Source of the DNA: Plasmodiophora brassicae
Lineage: Eukaryota
Assembly: GCA_036867785.1 (NCBI GenBank)
Contig: CP145427.1
Location: 186,001 to 250,000, forward strand
Length of the DNA stretch: 64,000 bases
Reading direction: 5' to 3'
Position numbers and translations under genes: made by a program
In this document: piece after piece, positions 35,041 to 45,727 of the stretch
Layout of the letters: every line of letters begins with the position of its first letter
How positions within the stretch are numbered: position 1 is the stretch's first letter
The notes under the pieces: generated by a model
What the model saw: the letters and a program-made list of their open reading frames with translations, nothing else
The model's database searches: none
Told to the model about the DNA's origin: nothing

Positions 35041-36055
35041 ATGCATTGGTTGGCGTTGACGACGTCTCTGTTCATCGTGGTCGTTGCCGAGGCACGTATC
35101 GGGGTCGACATTGGCCTGTTTCCGGATGCGCTGTCGTATGACGAACAGCTACTTCGTCTTCGAAACCACGGCGTGTCGCTGATCAAGACGTTCAACCTCG
35201 ACCCAGGGTTTCTGGACGCTGTTGAACGAGTCTACGCCAATGCCCCAGTCGAAGTCACCATTGCGATCCCAAACGACCGCCTCGCCGCTGCTGTCAGCGA
35301 CCCCGGGTACCAGAATGTCATCGTGCAAGCCCTGCGCCGCCGAACGGTGCGCTGGATCGCCATCAGCAACGAGCCGTTCCACGATACCGCCTCTCGTGCT
35401 CAAACACGTCCGTACCTGATCGCGGCATACAATCAGGTGCGCCAGCTAGTCTCCAGCAATGGACTGGCCACGAAGGTCATCATCCCTTTAAGCGGTCAGA
35501 CATACCGGATATGTATCGGCGCCTGAAGGTTTGCCGTTGACGTCCTGAATGGTTGGTCTAGAGGCATCGCTAGCGAACACGTATCCTCCTCAGAACGCCA
35601 TCTTCGATCCCGAGATTGTCGACCTCGTCCAGCAATTCGTGCCAAGTCTTCCTGCGTTCAGCATCAACGTCTACCCGTTTTTCGCTCTGGGCGGTAACGG
35701 CGCCCTGCTGGATCCGGCCCTGGGTCGGGGCCCGAATCCATCGATACTGTCGAACGTGCTGGACGCCGTCCGCGCCGCCTTGGGCAAAGTCGGTGCGCCC
35801 GGGTCGCTCCCGATCATCGTCGGGGAAACTGGATGGCCGACAGCAGGCGGGCCGCTCGCGTCCATCGACAACGCTCGGCAGTACGTCAGCCATGCCGTCA
35901 GTGTCGCCAGGGCATCCAGCAAGGTCCAGGACCTGTACCTGTTCGAGGCGTTCGACGAGTCCTGGAAAGGACCCGCGGAAACCGAGAGGCACTTTGGGCT
36001 GTTCTACAACACCGGCGCCGAGAAGTTCCCTTTCGACATCGCCACCGGAGCGTAA
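35041..36055 (+). CDS. Secreted GH17 beta-1,3-glucanase without PAN module
   Basis: Signal peptide MHWLALTTSLFIVVVAEA; AISNEP; IIVGETGWPT. Intron 35495-35561 at the same position as in the paralog. Confidence 0.92.
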
Positions 36056-36195
36056 CGCAAGACGTCGGCAACCAGAATGTAAGGGATGCTCCCACGTCTG
36101 GACGTCAATGCACGCTGTGCAGCCAGCCTAATAATGAATCGTTTACGTATGGTTGGGAATGCGGGCACGGTATGGGTGTATTGACATGAACAGCT

Positions 36196-37341
36196 CTAGC
36201 GGATCAGGAACAGGCCGCCAACGGTCAGGACGAAGGCAGTGACCATCCAGAGCGTCGAGACACTGCTGACGCTGCTCGACGACGATGTGTCGGCGGCGCA
36301 CACCAGGTTCGCATCGTTGTGGCAGTCAGACAGGAGGACGCATGTGTGGGCCATCGCCGGGAGCATGTCCACCCAGGCCTTGCAGCCCGACGTGGACGCG
36401 CACGACGACTTGCAATCCGTCAACGTGGTCTGCGCGACGATGCAGGTACGAGTCGGGTCGCAGGAACGGTACAGGTTGCACGCGTGCCCCATGCCCGTCG
36501 TCGTCATCGTAAACGCCTTGCAACCAGCGGTATTCGCACACGATGCGGCACACGAGGTCCCGGCACCGGTCTGCGCGATCAGGTCAGGTGCCTGAGTCGG
36601 GTGCGTCGCAACGGGGACCGGCGTCGGTGATGGAGCTGGCGCCGACGGTGCCGCCGTCTTCATGCAGGAAATTGACGGATCGAGGCAGTTCGACAGGAAG
36701 TTGCACCCATGGCCCATTCCGGTCGACGTGACGACGATAGCTTGGCAGGTCGGCGAGTTCTGGCAGGCGGCGGAACAGTCGTACCCGGCACCCACACCCC
36801 CGACAATGCTGGTCTGGCCTGCATCCGGCGTAGAGTACAGGCTGCAGGAATGGCCCATACCAGTGGACGAGTACGTGAACGACTTGCATTGCACGTTCTT
36901 CACACAGGCCACTGCACACGATGGCGTCTCAGCGGCGCCCGTCGTCCCCAGCAGCACTGGCACTGAGGTTGGCGCCGGCGTCAGGCAACCGACGGACGGA
37001 TCCAGACAGTTGGACAGCAAGATGCAGGCGTGGCTCATTCCAGTGGATTTGACGAAGACGGCAGTGCAGGACGGCGTGTTCCGGCAGGCGACGGCACAGT
37101 CCGCTGTGGCACCCGCGCTGCCCACAATGCTGGTCTGGCCTTCACCCGGCGTTGAGTACAGGTTGCAGGCGTGGCCCATGCCCGTTGACGAGTACGTGAA
37201 CGACTGGCACTGGACGTTCGACGCACAGTCCATTGCACACGACGTCGATGCCGCCCCGGTGGTCCCTAGCAGCGCCGAGTGGCCCATGCGGCTCAACAGG
37301 GCAGCAGCCATCATCATCATCGTGCTCGTGGTCGGCGACAT
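36196..37341 (-). CDS. Surface protein with six PAN/Apple-like TGMGH repeats and C-terminal TM/GPI signal
   Basis: Leader MSPTTSTMMMMAAALLS; repeats CxxxCxxxxxCxxFxxxxTGMGHxCxL; Ser-rich stalk; LWMVTAFVLTVGGLFLIR*. Confidence 0.85.
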   Translation of the reverse strand: MSPTTSTMMMMAAALLSRMGHSALLGTTGAASTSCAMDCASNVQCQSFTYSSTGMGHACNLYSTPGEGQTSIVGSAGATADCAVACRNTPSCTAVFVKSTGMSHACILLSNCLDPSVGCLTPAPTSVPVLLGTTGAAETPSCAVACVKNVQCKSFTYSSTGMGHSCSLYSTPDAGQTSIVGGVGAGYDCSAACQNSPTCQAIVVTSTGMGHGCNFLSNCLDPSISCMKTAAPSAPAPSPTPVPVATHPTQAPDLIAQTGAGTSCAASCANTAGCKAFTMTTTGMGHACNLYRSCDPTRTCIVAQTTLTDCKSSCASTSGCKAWVDMLPAMAHTCVLLSDCHNDANLVCAADTSSSSSVSSVSTLWMVTAFVLTVGGLFLIR

Positions 37342-37434
37342 CGTCTCTTGTTCGTCGGCGGGTTTGCAGAATGAAAGAGAGCGAGCTCTGCTTCGTCGCC
37401 TCGACGGGTGGAGTTGGATCGGCGGCATGGTTGA

Positions 37435-37555
37435 GTCACGGCACGCGCCCTTACAAATTTCGCGCCTCTCTAGATCGTTGTCAGGCACGCGCCTCGCTAG
37501 ATCGTTCGTCAGGCACGCGCCGCGCTCCGCTTCGTTCGTCAGGCACGCGTCCGTT
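37435..37555. promoter_or_regulatory. Four copies of gtca(c)ggcacgcg upstream of the PAN-repeat gene
   Basis: Copies near 37435, 37480, 37508 and 37538. A related tcaggcacgtgcc lies at ~38735 upstream of the paralog. Confidence 0.45.
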
Positions 37556-38000
37556 TCAGTGCACTACATCCATGTACACGAATGTGTGGCCGCGGGGCAC
37601 GTGCCCGTCGCGTGACACGCGTTGATCCACGGTCAGGGTGAATGTCACTGGACCGGGAGTTCGTATCCGACGGGCACACGGCGCCGTCTGTGGCAGTGCA
37701 GCAGCATGGCGGTCGCTGTCGCCTCACGACGTTGGGCAACCACACAGACGTCGTTGCGTTTTCAGGAACATTCTTCGACCGTTCAGTTTGGGAGGACAGG
37801 GGTTGAACCTCCGCTGAGCTCCTGAACGTAAACAGCCTGTTCGACGGTAACAAAGCACCATTGATGCAGAGCGGGCGGGTGGGCGTCTGTTCACCTGGAC
37901 TGCACGAGGTAACCAGCGTTTCTCCAAACCCGGTCCGGAGTGGGTCGTTCGCTGGCGAACGCCTCGAAGGTATGTGCACATTGACATGGTTGATGTTTAA

Positions 38001-38624
38001 TCAGCTATCACGTGCCAAGTACAGTCCACAGCCCATCCCCATTGCCAGAGCAGTCGTCACCCAGAGCATTGTGAAACTGCTGTTCGAGGACGACGTCGAC
38101 GGCGGGTCAGACGAGACAGGTGCAACAACACGCGCTGCGGTTGGTGATGTTGTCGGCGGTGGGATCGGTAATCGGGTCGGGGTCGGCGTCATGGAGCCTG
38201 GCAGGGTTGGCGATACCGCCGGGATCGGTAGTAAGGTCGCTGGAGCTGTCTGAGATGGAGTCCGTGAGATACAGGTGGTGGACGGGTCTAGGCAGTTTGC
38301 CACGAGAATGCAGGCATGCCCCATGCCAGTGGTGGCCACGAGAAATGCACGGCAGGATGCCATGTTTTGACAGGCGTCGAGGCAGTTGGCGGTGGCACCA
38401 GCATCCCCAACAATGCAGGTCCGGCCTTCTTCGCATGTCGAGTACAGGTTGCAAACATGTCCCGCACCAGTTGTGGATAACGTCGAGGACAGGCACCCAG
38501 CCTCGTGGTAACAGTCCAGTGTACACGACGTAGACGTCGCACCCGTCGACCTGAGTAACGCAGCTCGCCCGAACGCAAGACTCGCCACAACAGCAAGCGT
38601 CGTGACAGCCGTCATCGTCGGCAT
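38001..38624 (-). CDS. Surface protein with two PAN/Apple-like repeats (paralog)
   Basis: Signal peptide; TTGAGHVCNLY and TTGMGHACIL; Pro/Thr stalk; C-terminal hydrophobic tail. Confidence 0.85.
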   Translation of the reverse strand: MPTMTAVTTLAVVASLAFGRAALLRSTGATSTSCTLDCYHEAGCLSSTLSTTGAGHVCNLYSTCEEGRTCIVGDAGATANCLDACQNMASCRAFLVATTGMGHACILVANCLDPSTTCISRTPSQTAPATLLPIPAVSPTLPGSMTPTPTRLPIPPPTTSPTAARVVAPVSSDPPSTSSSNSSFTMLWVTTALAMGMGCGLYLARDS

Positions 38625-38883
38625 CGCCCTCGTCAGTGGCAACTTTACTGAACGCGAGAGCGCGCTACCGTCGGTGAATCGCCCGCCGCAGGCCCTATTT
38701 CAGTTTACGTCTGGACGTACATCGAGTCACCATATCAGGCACGTGCCACCTCGAGGGAGCCGGCTCTCCTTGGCCAGCCAGTTCGTGCCACGTCCTGAAC
38801 GGATCTGTTTTCTATGCGGCACTGTCCGTGGTCAGTCGCGTGCGGAGTCCGTCACGGACTCCGCAGCAGACCTCTTCACAACC

Positions 38884-40714
38884 ATGGGGAAGCCGCTCCG
38901 TCGCGGTCCAGCAGTGGTCTTTGAAGAATGCTCGGAATCTGACCAGGAAGCCAGCCCGACAAATGCTCGTATTGCTGCTAGTAAGCGAGAGCGAGCCGCT
39001 CCTAAAACGGCTGTCGCGGGGCGAAACGTCCCCGATTCAAGCGAACCCGATGACGACTCGGAACAGAGCGCGTCGTCGTTCGATGACGATGATGAGTTTG
39101 TAGACAGCGACGTTGAGATGGGGTCAGACGCAGGCGAAGACGACGACGACGAGGACAACGATGATGTCGGCAGCTGGCTGAGTGGATCGGATGGGGGCAG
39201 TGACGACGAGCTCGTCGGCAAGGCGCGCGAAGTCGATGCCGAACGACGCGCGGAAGCCGACGATGCCGAAGCCGAGTTGCGAACCAACCTGAGCGCAGGC
39301 GCCCAGGAGTCGTACGCGCTTCCTACATCGGATGACCTCGCCAAGGAGAACCTGCTGCCTTCCCCCGACCTCGTTGTCCTCAAACAACGAATCAACCAGG
39401 TACCGGAACGCAACGAACTCGTTTACATTAGACAATTCTGATGGCTGTTCAGGTGCTGTTCGTCCTTGCAGACCTGAAGAACCAGCGACAGGACGGTGTG
39501 TCACGCGCGGAATACATCGACAACCTGAAACGGGACCTGGGCCTGTACTACGGGTACAACGACGACCTGATCAGCAAGTTCCTGGAGATGTTCTCGCCGG
39601 CGGAATGCGTCGAATTCCTGGAGGCGAACGCCGCCCAACGCCCCATGTGCATTCGCGCCAACACGCTCAAGGCCCGACGACGCGACCTGGCCCAGGCACT
39701 GATCAACCGTGGCGTGAACCTGGACCCGCTCGCCGACTGGAGCAAAGTCGGCCTGACGATCTCGTCCAGTCAAGTCCCTGTCGCCGCCACGCCCGAATAC
39801 CTCGCTGGGCATTACATGCTTCAGAGTGCTTCCTCGCTGCTCCCGGTCATGGCACTGGCCCCGAAGGAGAACGAGACCGTCGTTGACATGTGCTCCGCCC
39901 CCGGTGGCAAGACGACGTATATCTCGGCGCTGATGAAGAACACGGGCGTCGTCGTCGCCAACGACGCCAACAAGGACCGTCTCAAGGCCACGATCGGCAA
40001 CGTGCATCGTCTTGGCGCGCAGAACGTCGTCGTCGTCAACTTTGACGGCAGGAAGTTGCCGCAGCATTTCGGCGGTGTCGATCGCGTCCTGCTGGATGCG
40101 CCCTGCTCGGGCCTGGGCGTCATCTCCAAGGACGAATCCATCAAGCTGAACAGGACGGCGGCGGACATCGAGAAGTCGGCCAAGCTGCAGAAGGAGCTGA
40201 TCCTGGCCGCCATCGACATGCTGAAACCGAACGGGTACCTCGTCTACTCGACGTGCTCCATCTCCGTCGAGGAGAACGAGGCCGTCGTCCAGTACGCGCT
40301 CGGCAAGCGCTTCGTGAAGATCTGCCCAACGGTAGCAACGACGTGGGTCTGCGTCGCGGCCACATAACGGCTGACCCGTTTATGTAGGGGATCGAGGTCG
40401 GCCGGAACGGGTTCAAGCAGATGGGCGGGCGGTTCGCGTTCCACCCGAGCCTGGAGTTGACGAAACGCGTCTACCCGCACGTCCACAACATGGACGGGTT
40501 CTTCGTCGCCAAGCTGCAGAAGCTGGAGAACGGCGCCCGCGTGTTCGTCGGCGAGAAGGCGACGAGCGGCGAGCAGCAGGGGCCAGCGGCAGAAGTGGTC
40601 CCGGAAGCCGATGGCGATGCGCCGGAGCTGAGCAAACGCGCCCAGCACGCGATCGACAGGAGGGCACGCAAGCAGTCAGCGATGAGCGCCGCCAAGCGAC
40701 AAAAGAAGCAGTAA
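38884..40714 (+). CDS. NOP2: 25S rRNA m5C methyltransferase Nop2
   Basis: Acidic N-terminus; IRANTLK, ATPEYLAGHYMLQ, DMCSAPGGKT, DRVLLDAPCSG, VYSTCS, YPHVHNMDGFFVAK. Two introns. Confidence 0.95.
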
Positions 40715-40769
40715 ACGGGGAGCGATCCCGAGATACGACGGTCTAGGTAGTGTACTCGACGGTCGCGTT

Positions 40770-41937
40770 ATGCTGCAGCAGCGCCATGGCGGTCGCCCGC
40801 GGATCACACTGGCCGACCTGCGAGATGGGGACCTGCTGCTGATGGGCAGTTGCACGGTCGTGCACGGGTGCAGGATGCCGACGAGCGTGGCCAGGGCGAT
40901 GAAGATCATGGGGTCGCCGCTCGGCGCACCGCGCCTCGATCTCGACGTCCCGTTCCTCGACAGGATCGGGTTCGTGTTGTGCCCGGACGTCGATCCACGA
41001 TCGTTCACCGGCAGCAGTATCACGGTCGTCCATGCGACATCGGATGGCATTCACGGGGACACCCTGCAAACGTCGGTCGTATGGATTAGAGCGCGACTTT
41101 GTAGCCGACTCGTGTGAAGCATAGCGAACCGGTGCGATCGGTTAGTGGTGCGGAAGGTCCAGCACAGAGCGTCCAGCATCAGGAACCTGGTCCGGTTCGT
41201 GTCGCCGCTGTTGAACAAACCCTACGATGTGCGTCTCGCGCGCCAGGTGTCCTGCCGCCATGGGATGACGCGTGTTCCCTGCCCCAGCACAGGAGCTGCG
41301 TCGAAGCGCTGGCGTCAATGTTCGAGAAGGTGAAGAAGGCGCTGGCGGCGCAATCGGACCCGAGCGCGATCGACGAGAACAGGCAGATCGTCCTGGATAC
41401 GTTCGACAAGTTCGACCCAAAGGCCACGGGGCTACTGGGCCTGCAAGAGTCAGTCAGCCGAGAGTGCGCTGACCCATCGTGGTGTAACGCGCTTCGCACA
41501 GGTTCGTGCAACTGTCGGCCGCCCTGGAACAGCAAGGGATAAACTATTTCTCGCACCAGTCGATCCAGGAGCTCATGGGCGTCATCCGCGCGCATTCGGC
41601 ATCGTGCCCGGCCACGATGGACGACGACGATCGGAGACGTGGCCTGCCAAAGCAGAGGGTTGTCGACGAGTGGGACAAGATGGCAGGCGATGTGACAAGG
41701 AACAGGCAGGATCTGCCACTGGCCGTTAGCATCGCGTTCGCCATGGTGTGTTTGCAGCGAATGGGTACGCGTTCGCCCATTGGCGAAATGAGAACGGTGA
41801 ACCCTGAAACGCAAACAGAACTGATCGAGGAACGTCAAACAACGGACAGACTGACCGTGATGGGCGTGTTCGAGGCGCTGCGAGACGTGGCAGACGAGGA
41901 CGAGAAGGTGTTAATCGTGGCGAGAACAACAAATTGA
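40770..41937 (+). CDS. Multi-exon hypothetical protein with an EF-hand-like segment
   Basis: DLRDGDLLL N-terminal segment; FDKFDPKATGLLGLQE EF-hand-like loop. Introns inferred. Confidence 0.5.
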
Positions 41938-41982
41938 ATACAAACGGCAGTTGGGTCCCGATGATATCCGGATGTATTTGTA

Positions 41983-42832
41983 TCACGCGGCGTTGCGCTT
42001 GGATTCGAAGAACCCGCGAAGGTAGTAGATCTTCCACAGCGAGACGGCCACCAGGACAATGGTCTCCAGGATGGACCACCACAGGACACGGCTGTTGGTG
42101 CTCTCGTTCGCTGTAACGCATGGCGGAATTAGGACTGGGACGCGAGTGAAGCGGTACGCGGCACCTACTGGCGTTGGCGACACGCTCCCGCACCTTGAGG
42201 TACTTCTGTTCGTCGGCGACGCCACGCAGCGTCTGACTAAGCATGACAACGGAGGTCTCCAGGGGCGTCAGGTGCTCTGCAGCATCCAAATCGGTTCAGA
42301 AACCGTGGCTCGCAAACGCGAAACCGGCGACGATACGGGACCTTGCTTGGCAACATCCTTCGCCTGCAGCGCATTGCCAACAGCGATCGAGAACGTCAGG
42401 TGCTTGGCCGTCACCGTCGACATGATATTGTAGAAGCAAACCTTGTATCGCCCTGGGACGACCACGATTTAGGAACCGTGATCCAGACGCATGTCACCGA
42501 GGCGCATACCTGCGAGTTGCGCTGTAAACGTGAAACTCTCGGTCTGAACGCGCTCCTCTTCGAACACGACTTTCTCGGCCGGGTCGAAGACCTGGCGCGA
42601 CGTTTAGCGCGGTTCCCGCTCGCCAGCGGCACGGCGCGCGACGAACCTTGACGTCGACGTCGAGGAAGCCGCCGGCGTAGACGTTGAACGAGCAGTGGAA
42701 TTTATCGCCGACGTCGGCGGTCTCGAAGAAGCACTCGGACCCGCTGGCCGGGATCGTCGTGCTGTACGGGCGGGCGACGCCGACCAGCACGGCGGCCGCC
42801 AGGGCCACGGCCGCAGGCCATCCCGTCGTCAT
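41983..42832 (-). CDS. p24/emp24/GOLD family cargo receptor
   Basis: Signal peptide; SECFFE, GGFLDVDV, GRYKVCFYN, NESTNSRVLWWSILE..YLRGFFE. Confidence 0.92.
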
Positions 42833-43204
42833 GATCCAAAATGACGCGACCGCCGCGCCACCAAAAAATCGTGCAGATCGTAATGGCGCGCCCCTCCTTT
42901 TTTTTCGGGGAGCAGCGGGGCCCCCGGAGTGGCGCAGCAGCAGACTCAGAGCCAGATCGTCAGTGGTCTGGCTGTCGTTCGCACTGCTGTCCAAGCGAGG
43001 GCCAGATTCTGGGTCCTGTATTCGACGGTGAGCGCCTGCACCAGCGGCTCGTCGTGTGAAGAGCGTTGGCTTACCCGGCGAACGGTGGACGTTCGAGGAC
43101 ACGCGTATTCGTAAGTTATCGTCGACGGTTGGAGGCATAGACCATGGACCTTTGTGCCAGGTATTGGCCAGAAGAGGCGCCGCGCCCACGAGAAAATAGG
43201 GTAG

Positions 43205-43777
43205 AGGAGGTACCACAACAGCAACGGTGTCCGCAAGTACGAGAAGAAGGTGCCGACCCAGATCCTGTGGGATCTCAAAATGTTGAGCTACGTTGTTCCG
43301 TCAGTCCTGATAATGACCATACGACGTGTAATGATGATTTCATTTGGTCCTACAAGGTGAAGCGCGGGTCGGTGTCCTCCTGGATATTTGATACCGTTTG
43401 AAGATCACAGGAGCAACGGTGACGTATCTAACAGTGAAGTGGTCCAGAGGACGGTTGTATCTTACCCAGCGATTGACTGGGGAAGCCTCGTCGCCCTTCT
43501 CCAGTCAATCGCTTGGTAAGGTACTTGGCAACCGTTCTCTTGACCACTTCGTTGTTGAATACGTCACCGTTGCTCCTGTGATCTTCAAACTGGTATCGAA
43601 TGTCCAGGAGGACATCGACCAGCGCTTCACCTTGTAGGACCAAATGAAATCATCATTAGGTCAGTATCAGGACTGACGGAATAACGTAGGACATACCCAC
43701 AATATTGAGATCCCTCAGGATCTGGGTCGGCGCCTTCTGGTACTTGCTGACATCAGTGCTCTTGTGGTGCCTCTTCA
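43205..43777. repeat. ~570-bp imperfect palindrome of an intron-bearing gene fragment
   Basis: Arms ~43205-43487 and ~43495-43777. For example gaagatcacaggagcaacggtgacgtat pairs with atacgtcaccgttgctcctgtgatcttc. Loop ~8-10 nt. Confidence 0.92.
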
Positions 43778-44384
43778 GGAGGAAATTATCGAACATGATG
43801 TCGCGGCACTTGGTTGTGTCGTAATCGACGCGCAGATCATGTCCTGCTGCGGTTCATCTAATGAGTTCGCATCGAGGATGAACAAACGCAGGCAGTTAAA
43901 GCCTTGGCGCGTTCTCTTCAAGAGCAACTTGCTAGTACAGTTCTGAACGATCACGAGTGTGCCGACAGAGTGGGCCAGCTGGGCGAACAAGAGCAGAGAG
44001 GACTGATCTCCGTGTCCAAGGCGCTGTCAAGGTCAATGTGGACGCGCAGCTGCCCGCTCCACGTCCCAAGCAGTTGTCCGCATTCAAGAGCGGCAGAAGC
44101 ACGCGTTCTTGACGAATGAACGGAGCCTACACCCAGTCCCGCCGTCAGTTCTGCCGTGCTACACGATAATGTACAGGGACCCAGTTGCAGTGGCAGCGTC
44201 GCTTGACACAGGTGTTTGTTGGTGAACCCAGTTGAGGACAACTCCACCAGTAGGTGCCATACCCAGCGCGACGCCAATTTACGTACAAATGGCAAAGTCA
44301 AGCAGTGTATTGTTGCGGGCTCTCGCTCCCAATGGGTCGTTGGAACCCTAATTGGTACTGCCGTTCGCGGCTGTGCGAGACCGC

Positions 44385-45437
44385 TTAGAAACCGTAGATC
44401 TTGTGGGCAGGGCCCATGGTGCTCTTCAGGTAGAGGCGCTTGCAGTTGTGCCACTTCTTCTTCAGCAGGGAGACCATGAAGTTAACGGCAAGGTTGACGT
44501 TCATGACGATCTCGTCCTCGGACATGCCGACGTTGGCGACGGCGGTACCCATGCACATCGGGCGATCCTTCTTGATACGAAGGTTGAACTTGATCGTCGA
44601 GGAGATCTCAGCGACCTTCTCGGCGGGGTCGGAGTTGGGCGCCAGGACACCGGGGAACTTGCCGACCTTGTTCAGGGTGGGACCCAATAAACGAGGGATC
44701 TTCTTGATCAGCGTTGGCGAGGCCAGGAACGCGTCGTAGCGCTGGGCGAGTTTCTGCGACAGCAACGTATTAGAACACGATAGAGACGCGCGTCAACGAA
44801 AAGCACTCGGAAGAAATCAGAGCTGTTGGTCTCGACAAAGAATATCCGATTGGGGCGACACAGCAAGAAACTCATCATGAACAGACGCGAAAGACAGTGC
44901 AGAACGTACTGTACCTTGACGAGCTTCTTGTTACGGTTGAACTTGTTCAAATCCTCTTCGGACATGAACTCGAGGCCCTTCTCCTTGGCCTGGTCACAGG
45001 CACGAGCATCACCGAGAATGCAGACGCGCGATTTCGGCTTCGGGACGTACGGGAGCTTGACCTGACCTAAGATCGACGGAAATCAGAGCACGTCCAACGA
45101 AATGATGGCGAGAATGATCAACTGAAACGCGTCAGAAACTGAATTATCCATGATTTAATCGCCACAATCGGTGTCCGATGGAGGGCAAATCGTTTTCTCA
45201 TCAAACACACACGACGTTGAAACACCGGCACATACCAGCGATACGCTTGTCACGAGCGGCGTCGTAGTTCTTCAGGGCGACCTGCAGCTCGATCGTCTCC
45301 GTGAACTTGCGCTTCTTGGCCTCGGCCTCGGCCAAGATCTTGCGAACATTGTCGCGAACGGTCTCGCTCGACAGCTTACTGCGACACGGTCAGCACACGC
45401 CAAATAGAATCCTGCCAGGGCAATCCCCGAACCTCAT
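44385..45437 (-). CDS. RPL10A: 60S ribosomal protein L10a (uL1)
   Basis: MSKLSSE..KKRKFTETIELQVALKNYD..DKR; YDAFLAS..IPRLLGP.LNKVGKFP; LKSTMGP. Introns 45379-45432, 45067-45235 and 44754-44914. Confidence 0.97.
44813..44882 (-). ncRNA. Intronic box C/D snoRNA, snR67/SNORD31-like
   Basis: Box C ATGATGA (44878-44872), box D CTGA (44820-44817), D'-like CGGA preceded by guide TGTGTCGCCCCA complementary to LSU P-loop UGGGGCGGCACA. Confidence 0.8.
45127..45210 (-). ncRNA. Intronic box C/D snoRNA with SSU rRNA guide
   Basis: Box C TGATGA (45203-45198), box D CTGA (45135-45132), short terminal stem, guide GATTTGCCCTCCA complementary to SSU UGGAGGGCAAGUC. Confidence 0.78.
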
Positions 45438-45512
45438 TGCAACACGAGAGCCCTTGGTGTTGTGCCTCGCACTGTCCCGGACTCCGCGACGGACTCCGCA
45501 GCTTCCCACAGG

Positions 45513-45622
45513 TTAGGGCGGCCGCCATATAGTAAGTGCCTCCCGGGAAGGAGGATCATCCCATTTGCGAGCCCCGCGGATGTACCTGACCTACCTAGAG
45601 AACATTAGGGCGGCGCCATATG
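45513..45622. promoter_or_regulatory. Duplicated motif ttagggcgg(c)cgccatat in the divergent promoter
   Basis: Copies at 45513-45530 and 45606-45622 between RPL10A and the ARM gene. Confidence 0.5.
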
Positions 45623-45727
45623 TTGACTCCACGCTAGTGGAGCGTGCCTCCAGCCGCAGGACTATATCAACATCTTGGAACGATCGTGACGAGTACCCCC
45701 CACTTCGTCGGCCGCATTGCCGTTGAC

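Noticed and set aside
43300-43345. Possible box C/D snoRNA (ctga..atgatga) inside the 43-kb palindrome
   Set aside because: Boxes are in the wrong order and no rRNA-complementary guide was recognised.
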